Below, in pieces: positions 10,563 to 21,405 of a DNA stretch of 64,000 nucleotides (position 1 is its first letter; each line of letters begins with the position of its first letter). The notes beneath the pieces were generated by a model. The model made no database searches, had not been told where the DNA came from, and saw only the letters and a program-made list of their open reading frames with translations. Position numbers and translations under genes: made by a program. Location: assembly GCA_963827475.1 (NCBI GenBank), contig CAWHAZ010000003.1, forward strand, positions 1 to 64,000, written 5' to 3'. This stretch comes from an uncultured Chloroflexia bacterium. GTDB lineage: Bacteria > Chloroflexota > Limnocylindria > QHBO01.

Positions 10563-11674
10563 GGGATCCATCCACCCGGCTCGGTGCCGAAGCATCTCGC
10601 CTCGTGGCCCTCACCCGGCCGCGCTGTGAGCTCGGGCTCCTCGGTCCGGCAGCGGTCCTGTGCGTAGCGGCAGCGCGGAGAGAATCGGCACTCGACGGCG
10701 GGGTCGACGAGGTCCGGCGGCAGCCCCTCGATCGTGCGAAGCCGGCTGGCACGCACGTCGGTAATGCGAGGCAGCGAGTCGAGCAGGCCCCAGGCATACG
10801 GGTGGCGCGAGTTCTCGAAGACGTCATCGACGATCCCGGTCTCCACGATCCGGCCGGCGTACATGACGTTGACGCGGCGGCACATGCCGGCCGCGATGCC
10901 GAGGTCGTGGGTGATCAGGATGACCGCGGTCCCGAACTCCTCCGACAGGGAGCGGATGAGGTCGAGGATCTGGGCCTGGATGGTGACGTCGAGAGCGGTG
11001 GTCGGCTCGTCGGCCAGCAGCAGCATCGGGTCGCAGGCGAGCGCGATCGCGATCATCACCCGCTGGCGCATGCCACCGGAGAACTGGTGCGGGTAGTCCC
11101 CCATCCGGTCGCGTGCCCGGGGAATGCCGACCTTGGACAGCAGCTCCACCGCGCGATCCCCGGCCGCGTTGCGCGACAGGCCGAGGTGGGTGCGTGCGGA
11201 CTCGGAAATCTGGTAGCCAACCGGCAACGTCGGGTTCAGGCTGGTCATCGGGTCCTGGAAGATGAAGCCGATCTTCCGACCCCGCAGCCGGCGCATCTCG
11301 GACCGCGACAGCTTCAGGATGTCGATCCCGTCGAAGATGATCTGGCCTTCGGTGATCTGGCCCGGCGGATCGGGGACGAGGCGGACGAGCGACAACGCGG
11401 TGACGCTCTTGCCGCAGCCGGACTCGCCCACCAACCCGAGCGTCTCCCCGTAGTCGACGTCGAAGCTCACCTCGTCGACGGCGTGGACCACCCCGTCGCG
11501 GGTGAAGAACTGGGTCGAGAGGTTCCGGACCTCGAGCAGCTTGCGCGCATGGCGGCTGCGATCGGCCAGCTGCTCGGCGAGCCGACGTCCCTCCTCGGTC
11601 TCGATCTCGATCGAGTCGGGAAGGTCGCTGACCTCTGCGCCGGCGGGCGGGGTCTCGGGGTCGCTGACCGCCAA
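10559..11674 (-). CDS. peptide ABC transporter ATP-binding protein (OppD-like), operon 2
   Basis: [35 protein letters not shown]. Confidence 0.95.
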   Translation of the reverse strand: MAVSDPETPPAGAEVSDLPDSIEIETEEGRRLAEQLADRSRHARKLLEVRNLSTQFFTRDGVVHAVDEVSFDVDYGETLGLVGESGCGKSVTALSLVRLVPDPPGQITEGQIIFDGIDILKLSRSEMRRLRGRKIGFIFQDPMTSLNPTLPVGYQISESARTHLGLSRNAAGDRAVELLSKVGIPRARDRMGDYPHQFSGGMRQRVMIAIALACDPMLLLADEPTTALDVTIQAQILDLIRSLSEEFGTAVILITHDLGIAAGMCRRVNVMYAGRIVETGIVDDVFENSRHPYAWGLLDSLPRITDVRASRLRTIEGLPPDLVDPAVECRFSPRCRYAQDRCRTEEPELTARPGEGHEARCFGTEPGGWIP

Positions 11675-11675
11675 C

Positions 11676-12641
11676 CTACTGCTTCCCCTTCAACTTGGGG
11701 TCGAGCGCGTCGCGCAGGCCGTCGCCAAGGAAGGTGAAGCTGATGAGGGCCACCGCGATGGCGAGGGCCGGATAGAGGACCAGGTGCGGGAACGATCGAA
11801 TGTAGACCTGGCCGTCGGCCACCAGGCTGCCCCAGCTGGCGCGGGGGTCCTGGACGCCGATCCCGATGAAGGCGAGGGTCGCCTCCGCCAGGATGGCGGC
11901 CGGGATGCCGAGGGTGACGGCCACGATGATCGGCCCGGTCGCGTTCGGCAGCAGGTGCTTGTTCACGATCTTGCGGTCGGACACGCCGATGGCCTGCGCC
12001 GCCTCCACGAACTCCTGCTCCTTCAGGCTCAGCAGCTGGCCGCGGACGAGCCGGGCCATCGTCACCCACGAGGTCAGCCCGATCGCGACGAAGACGAGCA
12101 ACAGCCCATCCATGGCCTGGCCGAAGAACGTCTCGCGGAAGGCGACGCCCAGCAGGATGATGAACAGCAGGTCGGGGTAGGCGTAGACGATGTCCGTGAT
12201 CCGCATCAGGAAGTTGTCCAGCTTGCCGCCGAACCAGGCCGCCATGGCACCGACCGGGATCCCGATGATGATCACGACCGCCTGGGCGATGAGGGCGACC
12301 ATCATGCTAATCCGCGCCCCGTCCATGAGGCGGCTCAACAGGTCGCGACCCAGGTTGTCGGTGCCGAGGTAGTGGACGTGGTCGACGCCCTGGATCTGCT
12401 GCATCGGCACCAACGGGCGGTTGCCGTTGGCGATGATCTCCTGCAGGTGCTGCTCGTAGTACGGCCACGGCGCAAGCTGCGGCCCAAAGGCCGCGATGAA
12501 CAGCAGGAACAGGACGATGATCCCGCCCACGATGGCGAGCCGGTTGCGGAGGAGACGGCGGAAGGCGTCGGTCCACAGGCCGGTGCTCTTCCGGCGTTCG
12601 AGCGGGAGGCCGACCTCGATGGCGCCGGTCTGCTCGGTCAT
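11676..12641 (-). CDS. peptide ABC transporter permease (OppC-like), operon 2
   Basis: LGTDNLGRDLLSR, EFVEAAQAIG, FLGDGLRDALDP. Confidence 0.95.
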   Translation of the reverse strand: MTEQTGAIEVGLPLERRKSTGLWTDAFRRLLRNRLAIVGGIIVLFLLFIAAFGPQLAPWPYYEQHLQEIIANGNRPLVPMQQIQGVDHVHYLGTDNLGRDLLSRLMDGARISMMVALIAQAVVIIIGIPVGAMAAWFGGKLDNFLMRITDIVYAYPDLLFIILLGVAFRETFFGQAMDGLLLVFVAIGLTSWVTMARLVRGQLLSLKEQEFVEAAQAIGVSDRKIVNKHLLPNATGPIIVAVTLGIPAAILAEATLAFIGIGVQDPRASWGSLVADGQVYIRSFPHLVLYPALAIAVALISFTFLGDGLRDALDPKLKGKQ

Positions 12642-12648
12642 GGAGCTC

Positions 12649-13614
12649 CTAGCTGTAGCGGATGCGCGGGTCGATGTAGGCGTACAGGACGTCGACCACC
12701 AGGTTCAGCATGACGATGACCACGGCGTAGAACATGGTCATGGCCATGATCATGCTGTAGTCGCGGTAGCTGATGCTGGTGACGTACGAGCGACCGATAC
12801 CCGGGACGCTGAAGATGTACTCGATCACGAACGACCCGGTGATCAGGAAGGCCAGGATCGGTCCGAGGATGGTCACCACCGGGATCAGCGCGTTGCGGAT
12901 CATGTGCACGATGACCACGGTCCGCCGACCCAACCCCTTGCTGTGCGCGGTGCGCACGTAGTCGCGGCGGGTGACCTCCAGCATCGAGGCCCGCGTATAG
13001 CGCGCGATCTGGGCGATGGGGTACAGCGAGAGCGCGATGATGGGCAGGACCCAGGCGGTCGGATCCGACTCCCATTCCAGCGCGGTGATCGGGAACCAGC
13101 CCAGCATCACGCCGAACACGACGATGAGCAGGATCGACGACACGAACGTCGGCGTCGAGATGCCGAGAACCGAGACGAAGGTGGCCGAGTAGTCGGGCGC
13201 CTTGTTATGGCCCAGGGCGGCGACGATGCCGAGCGGGAGGCCAATGGCGACCGATAAGAGGAACGCCATCGCGCCAAGCTGGACGGTGATCAGGATCCCG
13301 TCCGCGATGATGTCGTTCACCGACCGGTCGGTGTACTTGTAGGACGGTCCCAGGTCGCCGGTCAGCATCCCTCCGCAACAGCTCACGGCGCCGTCGGAGA
13401 TGACCAGCGGGCCAACCCAGTTCAGGTACTGGACGACGATGGGCTCGTCGAGCCCGTACTTGTCGTTCAGCCGGTCGATGGTGGACTGCGGGAGCGGCCG
13501 CTCGCGCGACCACGGGCCACCGGGGACGGCGTGCATGAGGACGAAGGTGATGACCGACACGAAGAAGAGGACCGGGATGATCCACAGGACCCGCCGAACG
13601 ATATAGGTCAGCAC
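12649..13614 (-). CDS. peptide ABC transporter permease (OppB-like), operon 2
   Basis: PGGPW, YGLDEP, GDLGPSY, DYVRTAHSKG, VDVLYAYIDPRIRY. Confidence 0.95.
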   Translation of the reverse strand: MLTYIVRRVLWIIPVLFFVSVITFVLMHAVPGGPWSRERPLPQSTIDRLNDKYGLDEPIVVQYLNWVGPLVISDGAVSCCGGMLTGDLGPSYKYTDRSVNDIIADGILITVQLGAMAFLLSVAIGLPLGIVAALGHNKAPDYSATFVSVLGISTPTFVSSILLIVVFGVMLGWFPITALEWESDPTAWVLPIIALSLYPIAQIARYTRASMLEVTRRDYVRTAHSKGLGRRTVVIVHMIRNALIPVVTILGPILAFLITGSFVIEYIFSVPGIGRSYVTSISYRDYSMIMAMTMFYAVVIVMLNLVVDVLYAYIDPRIRYS

Positions 13615-13692
13615 GTCTGCCTCTCCATGTCATCTGCCGTCGTGGTGTCGACGGCCGTGGCGTCCGAAGAATAATCCTCGGCCGCCGTGGCC

Positions 13693-13722
13693 GTCGGGCG
13701 GGCCGTTCCCGGCCCGCCCGAC
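13693..13722. terminator. 13-bp perfect hairpin downstream of oppA (operon 2)
   Basis: GTCGGGCGGGCCG-TTCC-CGGCCCGCCCGAC; no adjacent U-tract, so possibly a stabilising stem rather than an intrinsic terminator. Confidence 0.55.
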
Positions 13723-13750
13723 AGTTGTTACGCCTTACTGGTGCGGAACC

Positions 13751-15439
13751 CTACTCCTCGTGGGCGGCGATCGTCACCCACGGATAGAAGTGTGCGCCCG
13801 CATCCGGGTCAAGCGGAGTCACGGTCAGGCCCACGACGTACGGCTTGACGAGCGTGAAGCGCCCGCCAAACCGGAACGGCATCAGCGGGTTGTCCGCCAT
13901 CTGCATTTCCTGGACCTGGTTGTACAGGGCGACCTGAGCGTCAGGATCCGCCTCGACCGCCGCTTCCGCCATCAGCTCGTCGGCCGCCTCGTTGCAGTAC
14001 CCAACGTTGTTGTTGGGGCTCGTGCAGCCGAGGAGGTCGAAGAGGAAGTTGTGCGGATGCGGGAAGTCCGCGATCCACCCGAGTCGGAAGATGTCGAACG
14101 GATCGCTCGACAGACGGTCGAGATACGTTCCGAACTCCATGCCCACCGGCTCCAGCGAGAACTCGTCGCCGAACGCCGTCCGCCACTGCTCCGTGAGGTA
14201 CGCAACGCGGTCCGCGTGGGTACCTTCGGTGTTGTAGCCGATCTGGAGATGAAGATCAGCGGCACTCGCCAGACCGAGCTCTTCCAGGGCGGCATTGAAG
14301 TCCGCCGTGGCCTGCTCGACGTCGTACGGAACGAAGACGGTGTCCTGATTCCCCGGCATGCCGGGCGGTACCAGGCTGTTGGCCACGCTGCCGACGCCGC
14401 CGTACGGGACGGCGATCATGGTCTCCTTGTCAACAGCCTCGTGGAACGCCTTCCGCAGGAGCGGAGAGCGCGCGAACGGCGAATTCGGATCGATCAGGTC
14501 GAAGCCGTAATACTCGACGTTCAGGGTGTTGCCACGGAGGATCTCCTGGCTCACCACCGGGTCTTCCTCGAGGCGCGGAATCTCAGCCGGCGGAGGCGTG
14601 GCGATATCCAGATCGCCGGCCTCGTAGGCCGCGAGCTCCACCGAGGAGTCGGCAATGACCGAGTACTCGATGCGCTCAAGGGTGACCGGCTCGCCGCCCC
14701 AGCCCGGGTTGGGCACAACGTGAACGGACGCGCCGTGGTTCCACTCTTCCAGCATCATCGGACCGGAGGCGATGTAGCCCTCGGCCTCGGTGAAGGTCGT
14801 TGGTTCGCCAAACGGCGCCATATCCTCGCGGATCGGGACGGTCAGCCACATGGTGGTCACGTAGGTGAACCAGGTGGCCGGCGCGCCCAGGGTGACCACG
14901 AAGGTCGAGTCATCCGGAGCGGCGACGCCGAACTCTTCGAGCATGGCGTCGATGTCATCTGTCTCCGGGTCGGCGCCGCGAATTTCGGCCCCGTTGGCGA
15001 CCGTGTCGAGCACGTAGGAGTACTCAGACGCGGTCCGCGGGTCGATCAGGCGCTTCCAGCCGTAGACGAAGTCGCCGGCCACGATGGGCTCGCCGTCCGA
15101 ATACGAAAAGCCTTCGCGCAAGGTATACGTCAGGGTCATGCCGTCGGCACTGATCTCGGGAAGCTCGGCAAGGCCGGGCGCGAGACCGAGGTCCGCATCG
15201 AAGTACAGAAGCGGATGGGTGATCTGACGAAGAACGTTGACCGACTCGCTGTCGGTTGCGATGTTCGGGTCGAGCGACGGAGGCTCCGTCCCGAGAACTA
15301 CTCGCAGAACCTGCTCAGCCGCCGGCGCCTCACTGGCGGGGGCCTCGCTTCCGCTCGGGGATTCCGACGCGGAGGGCTGGCACGCTGCCAGCAATAGCAT
15401 CAGCACCAGGCCGGTGCCGACTGCCCTTCTAGTCCACAT
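13751..15439 (-). CDS. oligopeptide ABC substrate-binding lipoprotein (OppA-like), canonical domain order
   Basis: Lipobox LAAC; EPPSLDP, PGLAE, SDGEPIVAGDFVYGWKRLIDP, LGWIADFP. Confidence 0.93.
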   Translation of the reverse strand: MWTRRAVGTGLVLMLLLAACQPSASESPSGSEAPASEAPAAEQVLRVVLGTEPPSLDPNIATDSESVNVLRQITHPLLYFDADLGLAPGLAELPEISADGMTLTYTLREGFSYSDGEPIVAGDFVYGWKRLIDPRTASEYSYVLDTVANGAEIRGADPETDDIDAMLEEFGVAAPDDSTFVVTLGAPATWFTYVTTMWLTVPIREDMAPFGEPTTFTEAEGYIASGPMMLEEWNHGASVHVVPNPGWGGEPVTLERIEYSVIADSSVELAAYEAGDLDIATPPPAEIPRLEEDPVVSQEILRGNTLNVEYYGFDLIDPNSPFARSPLLRKAFHEAVDKETMIAVPYGGVGSVANSLVPPGMPGNQDTVFVPYDVEQATADFNAALEELGLASAADLHLQIGYNTEGTHADRVAYLTEQWRTAFGDEFSLEPVGMEFGTYLDRLSSDPFDIFRLGWIADFPHPHNFLFDLLGCTSPNNNVGYCNEAADELMAEAAVEADPDAQVALYNQVQEMQMADNPLMPFRFGGRFTLVKPYVVGLTVTPLDPDAGAHFYPWVTIAAHEE

Positions 15440-15598
15440 ACACCTTTCCTTTCGCCTGTTTGGCGTGGGGGAATAGCCGCGAACAGCGGCGCTCGGTCCG
15501 AAACGTCGCTCGGCAGGCCCTCCTCTTCCTCCCTAACCCTCTTTTCGTACTCCGGGCGCTCGGCAGAAGCCGGGGGCGGCGCCGCGGCGGACCTCGGG

Positions 15599-15627
15599 AT
15601 GATGGCCCGCCCCTAGGTCGCTGTCAA
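15599..15627 (-). promoter_or_regulatory. sigma70-type promoter for Opp operon 2
   Basis: Minus-strand TTGACA (15627-15622), 17 bp, CATCAT (15604-15599); implies a ~150-nt leader. Confidence 0.5.
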
Positions 15628-15721
15628 GAAAAGGTCAGCGACGCACGCCCACCCGGTAGAACCGGGGTTCCACTATCAATACCCCCCTCTTCGGCTCGAG
15701 GTTCACGCCCGTTCGACAGCC

Positions 15722-16270
15722 CTACCGGCTGTGACCGCCGACGATTCCCGTCGACGGAGCCATCTCCCAGCGGTCGAACGTGGCCACCGCCCCGGTGTGC
15801 GGCGCGGGGACGGTGATGTAGCGGAGCCACCAGCGCGCCTGCTCCCCGTCGGCGACATCCATCGCCTCCACCTCCTCGAGGATGCGCCAGGTCGGCTCGC
15901 GGGCGGCCAGGTCGGGATGGACCGCGAACGGGTTCAGGTTCGGCGCGACGACCAGGGCGAGGACCACGATCGCGGTCGCGCCGACCGGGGCCAGGCGGAG
16001 GACGGGCAGCAGGCGGCCGAGCAGGGTCGGCGGCTCCGGCTCGAGGGCCCGGCGGCGGATCTCGATCCACGCCCCCGGGGACGCGGCGTGGCCATCGAGC
16101 CGTGCGGCGAGGGCCCGCTGCAGCTGGATGACCAGCGCCCGGTCGAGGCCCACCGCTTCCCGGCAGGCCACGCACACCGCGAGGTGCTCGAGGTGGGGCG
16201 CCGAGCGGGCATCGAGGTCGCCGAAGCGGAAGAACTCGATGACCTCCCGGGAAATCCGCTCGCAGCTCAC
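15722..16270 (-). CDS. zinc-binding (ZAS/zf-HC2) transmembrane anti-sigma factor
   Basis: N-terminal MSC...HLAVCVAC (HxxxCxxC), one TM segment, coupled to the sigma gene. Confidence 0.85.
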   Translation of the reverse strand: MSCERISREVIEFFRFGDLDARSAPHLEHLAVCVACREAVGLDRALVIQLQRALAARLDGHAASPGAWIEIRRRALEPEPPTLLGRLLPVLRLAPVGATAIVVLALVVAPNLNPFAVHPDLAAREPTWRILEEVEAMDVADGEQARWWLRYITVPAPHTGAVATFDRWEMAPSTGIVGGHSR

Positions 16271-16866
16271 GGTCCGGTCCTCCGCTCGCTGGCGAGGCGG
16301 CCATGCCCGCGGATCGGGGTGCGGCGGGCGACCGGGAGCAGGACCCGCAGCGCGCGGAGCGCGTAGTGGATTCGCGACTTCATCGTGCCGACCTGGCAGC
16401 CGGCGATCTCGGCGGCTTCCGCCAGGCTGTAGCCGTGGAGGTAGTACAGGATGATCGCGGTCTGCTGCTTCGGCGGGAGCTGGTCGATGCCCTTCTGGAG
16501 GACGTCGACGATCTCCCGTGACTCGACCACCTCGTCGGGTCGGGCCGACAGGTCAGGGGCGAGGTTGCCGATGAGATCGGTCAGCGGCTCGAGCGGCGCA
16601 CGGCGTCGCGAGAGACGGCTGTAGCACAGGTTGGTGCAGACCCGCTGCAGCCAGGGCAGCGGCGAGACATCGGTGCGCAGCCGGGCACGGACGCGGTAGG
16701 CCTTCACGAAGACGTCCTGCAGGATCTCCTCGGCCAGGAACGGGTCCCGGGTGATGGCGAGCGCGGTGAGGTACACGGGGCGCTGGTAGGTCACGAAGAA
16801 CTCCTCGAACGCCTGCAGGTCGCCCGACTGCATGCGCGCGACGAGGCCCGGGATCGCCTCTGTCAC
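16267..16866 (-). CDS. ECF RNA polymerase sigma factor
   Basis: Region 2 (AEEILQDVFVKAY...WLQRVCTNLC) and region 4 (LPPKQQTAIILYYLHGYSLAEAAEIAGCQVGTMKSRIHYA). Confidence 0.92.
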   Translation of the reverse strand: MTEAIPGLVARMQSGDLQAFEEFFVTYQRPVYLTALAITRDPFLAEEILQDVFVKAYRVRARLRTDVSPLPWLQRVCTNLCYSRLSRRRAPLEPLTDLIGNLAPDLSARPDEVVESREIVDVLQKGIDQLPPKQQTAIILYYLHGYSLAEAAEIAGCQVGTMKSRIHYALRALRVLLPVARRTPIRGHGRLASERRTGP

Positions 16867-16905
16867 GTTTGCCGTTTCGCCTTCTGCGCGGATGGGTGCT
16901 AGATA

Positions 16906-18553
16906 CTACGCGCCGTCCGCCGAATCGGTTCGATCGGCATCCGGGAAGGACCAGCGCAGGTCGGGCTGGCGGGCGGCGGTGGCCTCGTCGAGGCGGCCAA
17001 CCGGGGTCGTCCGAGGAGCGGCGCGGACGGCGTCCGGGTCACTCGCCGCGCGAACGGCGATGCCGCGCATGACCGCGATGAAGCGGTCCAGCGTCTCCCG
17101 CGTCTCGGTCTCGGTCGGCTCGATCATCAGCGCCTCGTCGACGATCAGCGGGAAGTAGATCGTCGGCGGGTGGATGCCCTCGTCGAGGATGGCCTTGGCG
17201 ATATCGAGCGCGGTCACGCCGGACTCCCGTTTCTGGCGGCGAGCGCTGAACACCACCTCGTGCTTGCACACGCGGTCGAAGGGAAGGTCATAGTCGTCGT
17301 CCAGGCTGACGCGGAGGTAGTTGGCGGCCAGCACCGCGTCATCGGTCACCTGGCGCAGCCCGGCGCCCCCATTGGCCCGGATGTAGGCGTAGGCCCGGAC
17401 GTGCATGCCGAAGTTTCCACCGAACGTGCGCATCTGACCGATGGCGGTCGGCCGGGAGCCGGGCGCCTCCAGCTCGAAGCGGGCTCCGGGCGTGGATCGT
17501 CCGTGCCAGGCATTGTCCAGGACGGTGGCCGGGTCCCCCTCCACCAGGCGGGGAAGCGGCGCGGGCAGGAACGGCGCCAGCCGCTCCCCCACCCCGACCG
17601 GGCCGGCGCCCGGCCCGCCGCCGCCGTGTGGCGTGCTGAAGGTCTTGTGCAGGTTGAAGTGCATGACGTCGAAGCCGGCCTCGCCGGCGCGGAACCGGCC
17701 GAGGATCGCGTTCAGGTTCGCGCCGTCCATGTAGGCGATGGCCCCGGCTTCGTGAACGGCCGCCAGGACGTCGTCGATCTGGTCCTCGAAGATCCCGAGC
17801 GTGCTCGGATTGGTGAGCATCAGCGCGGCGGTGTCCGGGCCCAGCGCGGCACGGAGGCGCGTCGAGGTCGATCCCGCCGTGAGTGTTGGACCGGACGGTG
17901 CGGGTCGTGTAGCCGACCATGGTGGCCGTGGCCGGGTTGGTGCCATGGGCGCTGTCGGGAACGATGACCACGCGCCGCTGCTCGCCCTCCCCGCGGGAGC
18001 GGTGATAGGCCCGGGTCATCAGCATCCCGGTCAGCTCGCCATGCGCCCCGGCCGCGGGCTGGAGACTGACCGCCGCGAACCCGCCGATTTCGCGCAGCAG
18101 CTCGGCGAGGAGCCATTGGAGCTCGAGGCTGCCCTGGCTGAGCGCGGCGGGATCGTGCGGATGGGAGCCGGCGAGGCCCGGCAGGCGGGCCGCCCATTCG
18201 TTCAGCTTGGGGTTGTACTTCATCGTGCACGAGCCGAGCGGGTAGAAGTCGATGTCGATCGCGTGGTTCAGCCGGCTCAGGCGGTTGAAGTGGCGGACGA
18301 GCTCGAGCTCGCTGACCTCCGGCAGGCGGGGCGCCTGGCTTCGGCGGGCCGCCTCGGGAATGGCCGGCTGGCTCGCCGCGGCCGCCTGGGCGGTGGCGGA
18401 TGGGGCCGGGAAGCGGACCGCCCGTCGCCCGGGGCGCGAACGCTCGAAGATGGTGGGCTCGACCACCTGCAGCGCCTCCCCCGCGGCCGGCGAGTGGAAC
18501 GCGGCGCCGCGTCCGGAGGCGTCGGGCGCGGTGACCGACTCGACGGCGCTCAC
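16906..18553 (-). CDS. gcvPB: glycine dehydrogenase (decarboxylating) subunit 2, frameshift near 17855
   Basis: [30 protein letters not shown] in one frame; [33 protein letters not shown] in the next. Confidence 0.93.
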
Positions 18554-19892
18554 GGCGTCGACTCCAGGGCGCCGACCAGGCGGGAAACGTCGTCGTCGGT
18601 GGTCAGCTCGGTGGCGGCGAGGAGCAGCGTGTCGGGCAGGCGGGGTACGCGGTCTCGAGGACGGCGCCGGCGACGATCCCCTGCTCCACGAGGGCGGCGT
18701 GCCGTCGGGCCGCGTCGGGCAGGTGGACGGCGACCTCGTTCAGGTAGGGCGCGGTGAAGCGACGCGTCGCCAGGCCGGCGCCCTCCAACGTGGCGACGAG
18801 GTGCCGGGCCTGCGTGGCGGAGCGCTCGGCCACCTCGCGCAGGCCGTCGGGCCCGACGGCGGCGAGGTAGGCGGTGGCGGCCAGGGCACACAGCGCCTGG
18901 TTGGTGCAGATGTTGCTGGCCGCCTTCTCGCGTCGGATGTGCTGCTCGCGGGCCTGGAGGGTGAGGACGTACCCGCGCCGGCCCTCGGCGTCGCGCGTCG
19001 CGCCGGCCAGCCGGCCCGGCATCTGGCGCACGGCATCCATCCGGGCGGCCATCAGCCCGAGATACGGCCCGCCGAACGACAGCGGGATGCCGAGCTGCTG
19101 CCCCTCGGCGGTGACGATGTCGGCTCCGTACCGGCCCGGCGCCTCGAGCAGGGCGAGGCTCACCGGGTCGACGAAGGTCACGAACAAGCCGCCCTCCGCG
19201 TGCGCGGCGTCGGCCAGCTCGGCCATCGGCTCGATCGCCCCGAAGAAATTCGGCTGCTGGACGACGAGGCACGCCACGTCACCGTCGGCGGCCTGCCGCG
19301 CGGCGTCGATATCGGTCAGTCCGGTGCCGTCCTCGGCGAGGTCGGCCGGGACCTCGACGACCTCCACCCCGGGGCCGGAGCAGTAGGTGGCGAGCACCCG
19401 CCGCACCTGGGGGTCGACAGCCTGCGACACCGCCACTCGATGGCGGCCCGTGAGCCGGCAGGCCATGAGCGCGGCTTCGGCCGTGGCCGTGGCCCCGTCG
19501 TAGTGGCTGGCGCTGGCGACCTCCATGGCGGTCAGCTCGCAGATGAGGGTCTGGAACTCGTAGATCGCCTGGAGCGTGCCCTGGCTGACCTCCGGCTGGT
19601 ACGGGGTGTAGGCGGTCGCGAACTCGGCGCGTCCGACGACCTCGTCGACCACGGCCGGGATGAGGCGCCGGTAGGCGCCGGCGCCGAGGAAGGACACATC
19701 CGCCAACCGATTCCGGCCGGCCAGTCGGCTCAGCTCGGCCCGCACCTCCTGCTCGGTCAGTGGGGGCGGGACGTCGAAGCGGGTGGCTCGGACCGCGGCG
19801 GGGATGTCCTCGAACAGGTCGTCGACCGACGAGACCCCGACGGCGGCCAGCATGGCCTCGCGATCGGCATCGGTATGCGGGGAATAGGTCAT
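18550..19892 (-). CDS. gcvPA: glycine dehydrogenase (decarboxylating) subunit 1, frameshift near 18640
   Basis: FLGAGAY, TAYTPYQPEVSQGTLQAIYEFQ, FGGPYLG, REQHIRREKAASNICTNQ; C-terminal LLAATE in a shifted frame ending at 18550. Confidence 0.93.
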
Positions 19893-20269
19893 TCGATCCC
19901 GATCAGAGCCTCGTAGCCCTTGGCGTCGAGCAGCGCGTCGAGCTCCTCGCCGGCAGCCAGGGTGATGCGACAGATCCAGCCGTCGCCGTGGGGATCCGCG
20001 TTCAGGAGCTCCGGCTGGGAGCGGAGCGCCTCATTCACGGCGACCACCGTCCCGCTGGCCGGGGCATACAGATCACTCACCGCCTTGACCGATTCGACCA
20101 CCCCGAAGCTGGCGAACTGGCTCAATGTGCTGCCCAATGCGGGCAGCTCGACGTAGACGATGTCTCCCAGCTCGGTGACCGCGAACTCGGTCAGGCCGAT
20201 CACGCCCTCGGCCGACTCGGGCCGAATCCACTCGTGCTCGCGCGAGTAGCGGCGATCGTCGGGCAGCAT
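19889..20269 (-). CDS. gcvH: glycine cleavage system H protein
   Basis: YSREHEW, LGDIVYVELP, VESVKAVSDLYAP (lipoyl-Lys), NADPHGDGW. Confidence 0.96.
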   Translation of the reverse strand: MLPDDRRYSREHEWIRPESAEGVIGLTEFAVTELGDIVYVELPALGSTLSQFASFGVVESVKAVSDLYAPASGTVVAVNEALRSQPELLNADPHGDGWICRITLAAGEELDALLDAKGYEALIGIE

Positions 20270-21405
20270 CAGGTCGTCGGTTCCTCGGCTGGGCGGGGAC
20301 GGCGGTAGAACGGCAACTTTACCCGCTCCGCCCGGGCCGATCGGTCCCGGATGACGACCGCCAGCGGCCGATCCCCCTCGGCCACGTCGGCGGCCACGAG
20401 GGCCATCCCGATGCGCTGGCCGAGGGTCGGCGACACGCTCCCACTGGTCACGACTCCCACCTCCTCGCCGGTGTCCCCGTCCGTGACCGGGTAGCCGTGG
20501 CGCGCAATCCCCTCGTCCTCCATGACGAGGCCGATCAGTCGACGGCGCGGGCCGTCCTGCTGGACGGCCGCCAGGGCCTCCCGTCCCACGAAGTACTCCT
20601 TGTCGAGCTTCACGACCCGGCCGAGGTTGGCCTCGTACGGGTTCACGTCGCGGCCGAGCTCGTTCCCGTACAGCGGCATGCCGGCCTCCAGTCGCAGGGT
20701 GTCGCGGCTGGCGAGCCCGCAGGGCAGGAGTCCGAACGGCTGCCCCGCGCCGTGGACGGCCTCCCACAGCCGCTCGGCGTCGGGCGCCGCACAGAAGAGC
20801 TCGAATCCGTCTTCCCCGGTGTAGCCGGTGCGCGCCACCAGGCACGGCACGCCGGCCACCTCGCCGGTGACGGACCAGTAGTTCCGCAGCGCACCGAGGT
20901 CGACATCGGTCAGGTTGCCAACCAGTGCGGCGGCGTCCGGGCCCTGCGGCGCGATGAGCGCGGTGCCGTCGGACTCGTCCGCGATCTCGACCTCGTCGTT
21001 CCCCTCGGCGGCCTGGGCGGCGAGATGGTCGACCACCGCATCGCGATTGGCGGCGTTGACCACCAGCAGATACCGATCCGCGAGCCGGTAGACGATGAGG
21101 TCGTCGATCACGCCTCCGTCCGCGGCACACACCATCGAGTACTGGGCCTGCCCCGGTTCCAGCCGGCTCGGGTCGCTGACCAGGACCCGGCCGGCGAACG
21201 CCAGGGCGCCCGGCCCGCGGAGCGCGACCTCGCCCATGTGGGACAGGTCGAACAGCCCGACCGCGGTCCGCACCGCCCGGTGCTCCTCGAGCTCGGAGGT
21301 GTAGCGCACCGGCATCTCGTACCCGGCGAAGGGGATGAGCCGGGCCCCGAGCGCCCGGTGGACCGCGTCGAGCGGGCTCCGCCGCGGGGCGGCGGCGAGG
21401 GTCAT
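20269..21405 (-). CDS. gcvT: glycine cleavage system aminomethyltransferase T
   Basis: FAGYEMPVRY, GLFDLSHMGE, RTGYTGEDGFE, RDTLRLEAGMPLYGNEL. Confidence 0.96.
   Translation of the reverse strand: MTLAAAPRRSPLDAVHRALGARLIPFAGYEMPVRYTSELEEHRAVRTAVGLFDLSHMGEVALRGPGALAFAGRVLVSDPSRLEPGQAQYSMVCAADGGVIDDLIVYRLADRYLLVVNAANRDAVVDHLAAQAAEGNDEVEIADESDGTALIAPQGPDAAALVGNLTDVDLGALRNYWSVTGEVAGVPCLVARTGYTGEDGFELFCAAPDAERLWEAVHGAGQPFGLLPCGLASRDTLRLEAGMPLYGNELGRDVNPYEANLGRVVKLDKEYFVGREALAAVQQDGPRRRLIGLVMEDEGIARHGYPVTDGDTGEEVGVVTSGSVSPTLGQRIGMALVAADVAEGDRPLAVVIRDRSARAERVKLPFYRRPRPAEEPTT

Noticed and set aside
15518-15546. G-quadruplex or telomere-like GGGTTAGGG in the oppA leader
   Set aside because: Only three GGG runs and a single TTAGGG; consistent with chance.
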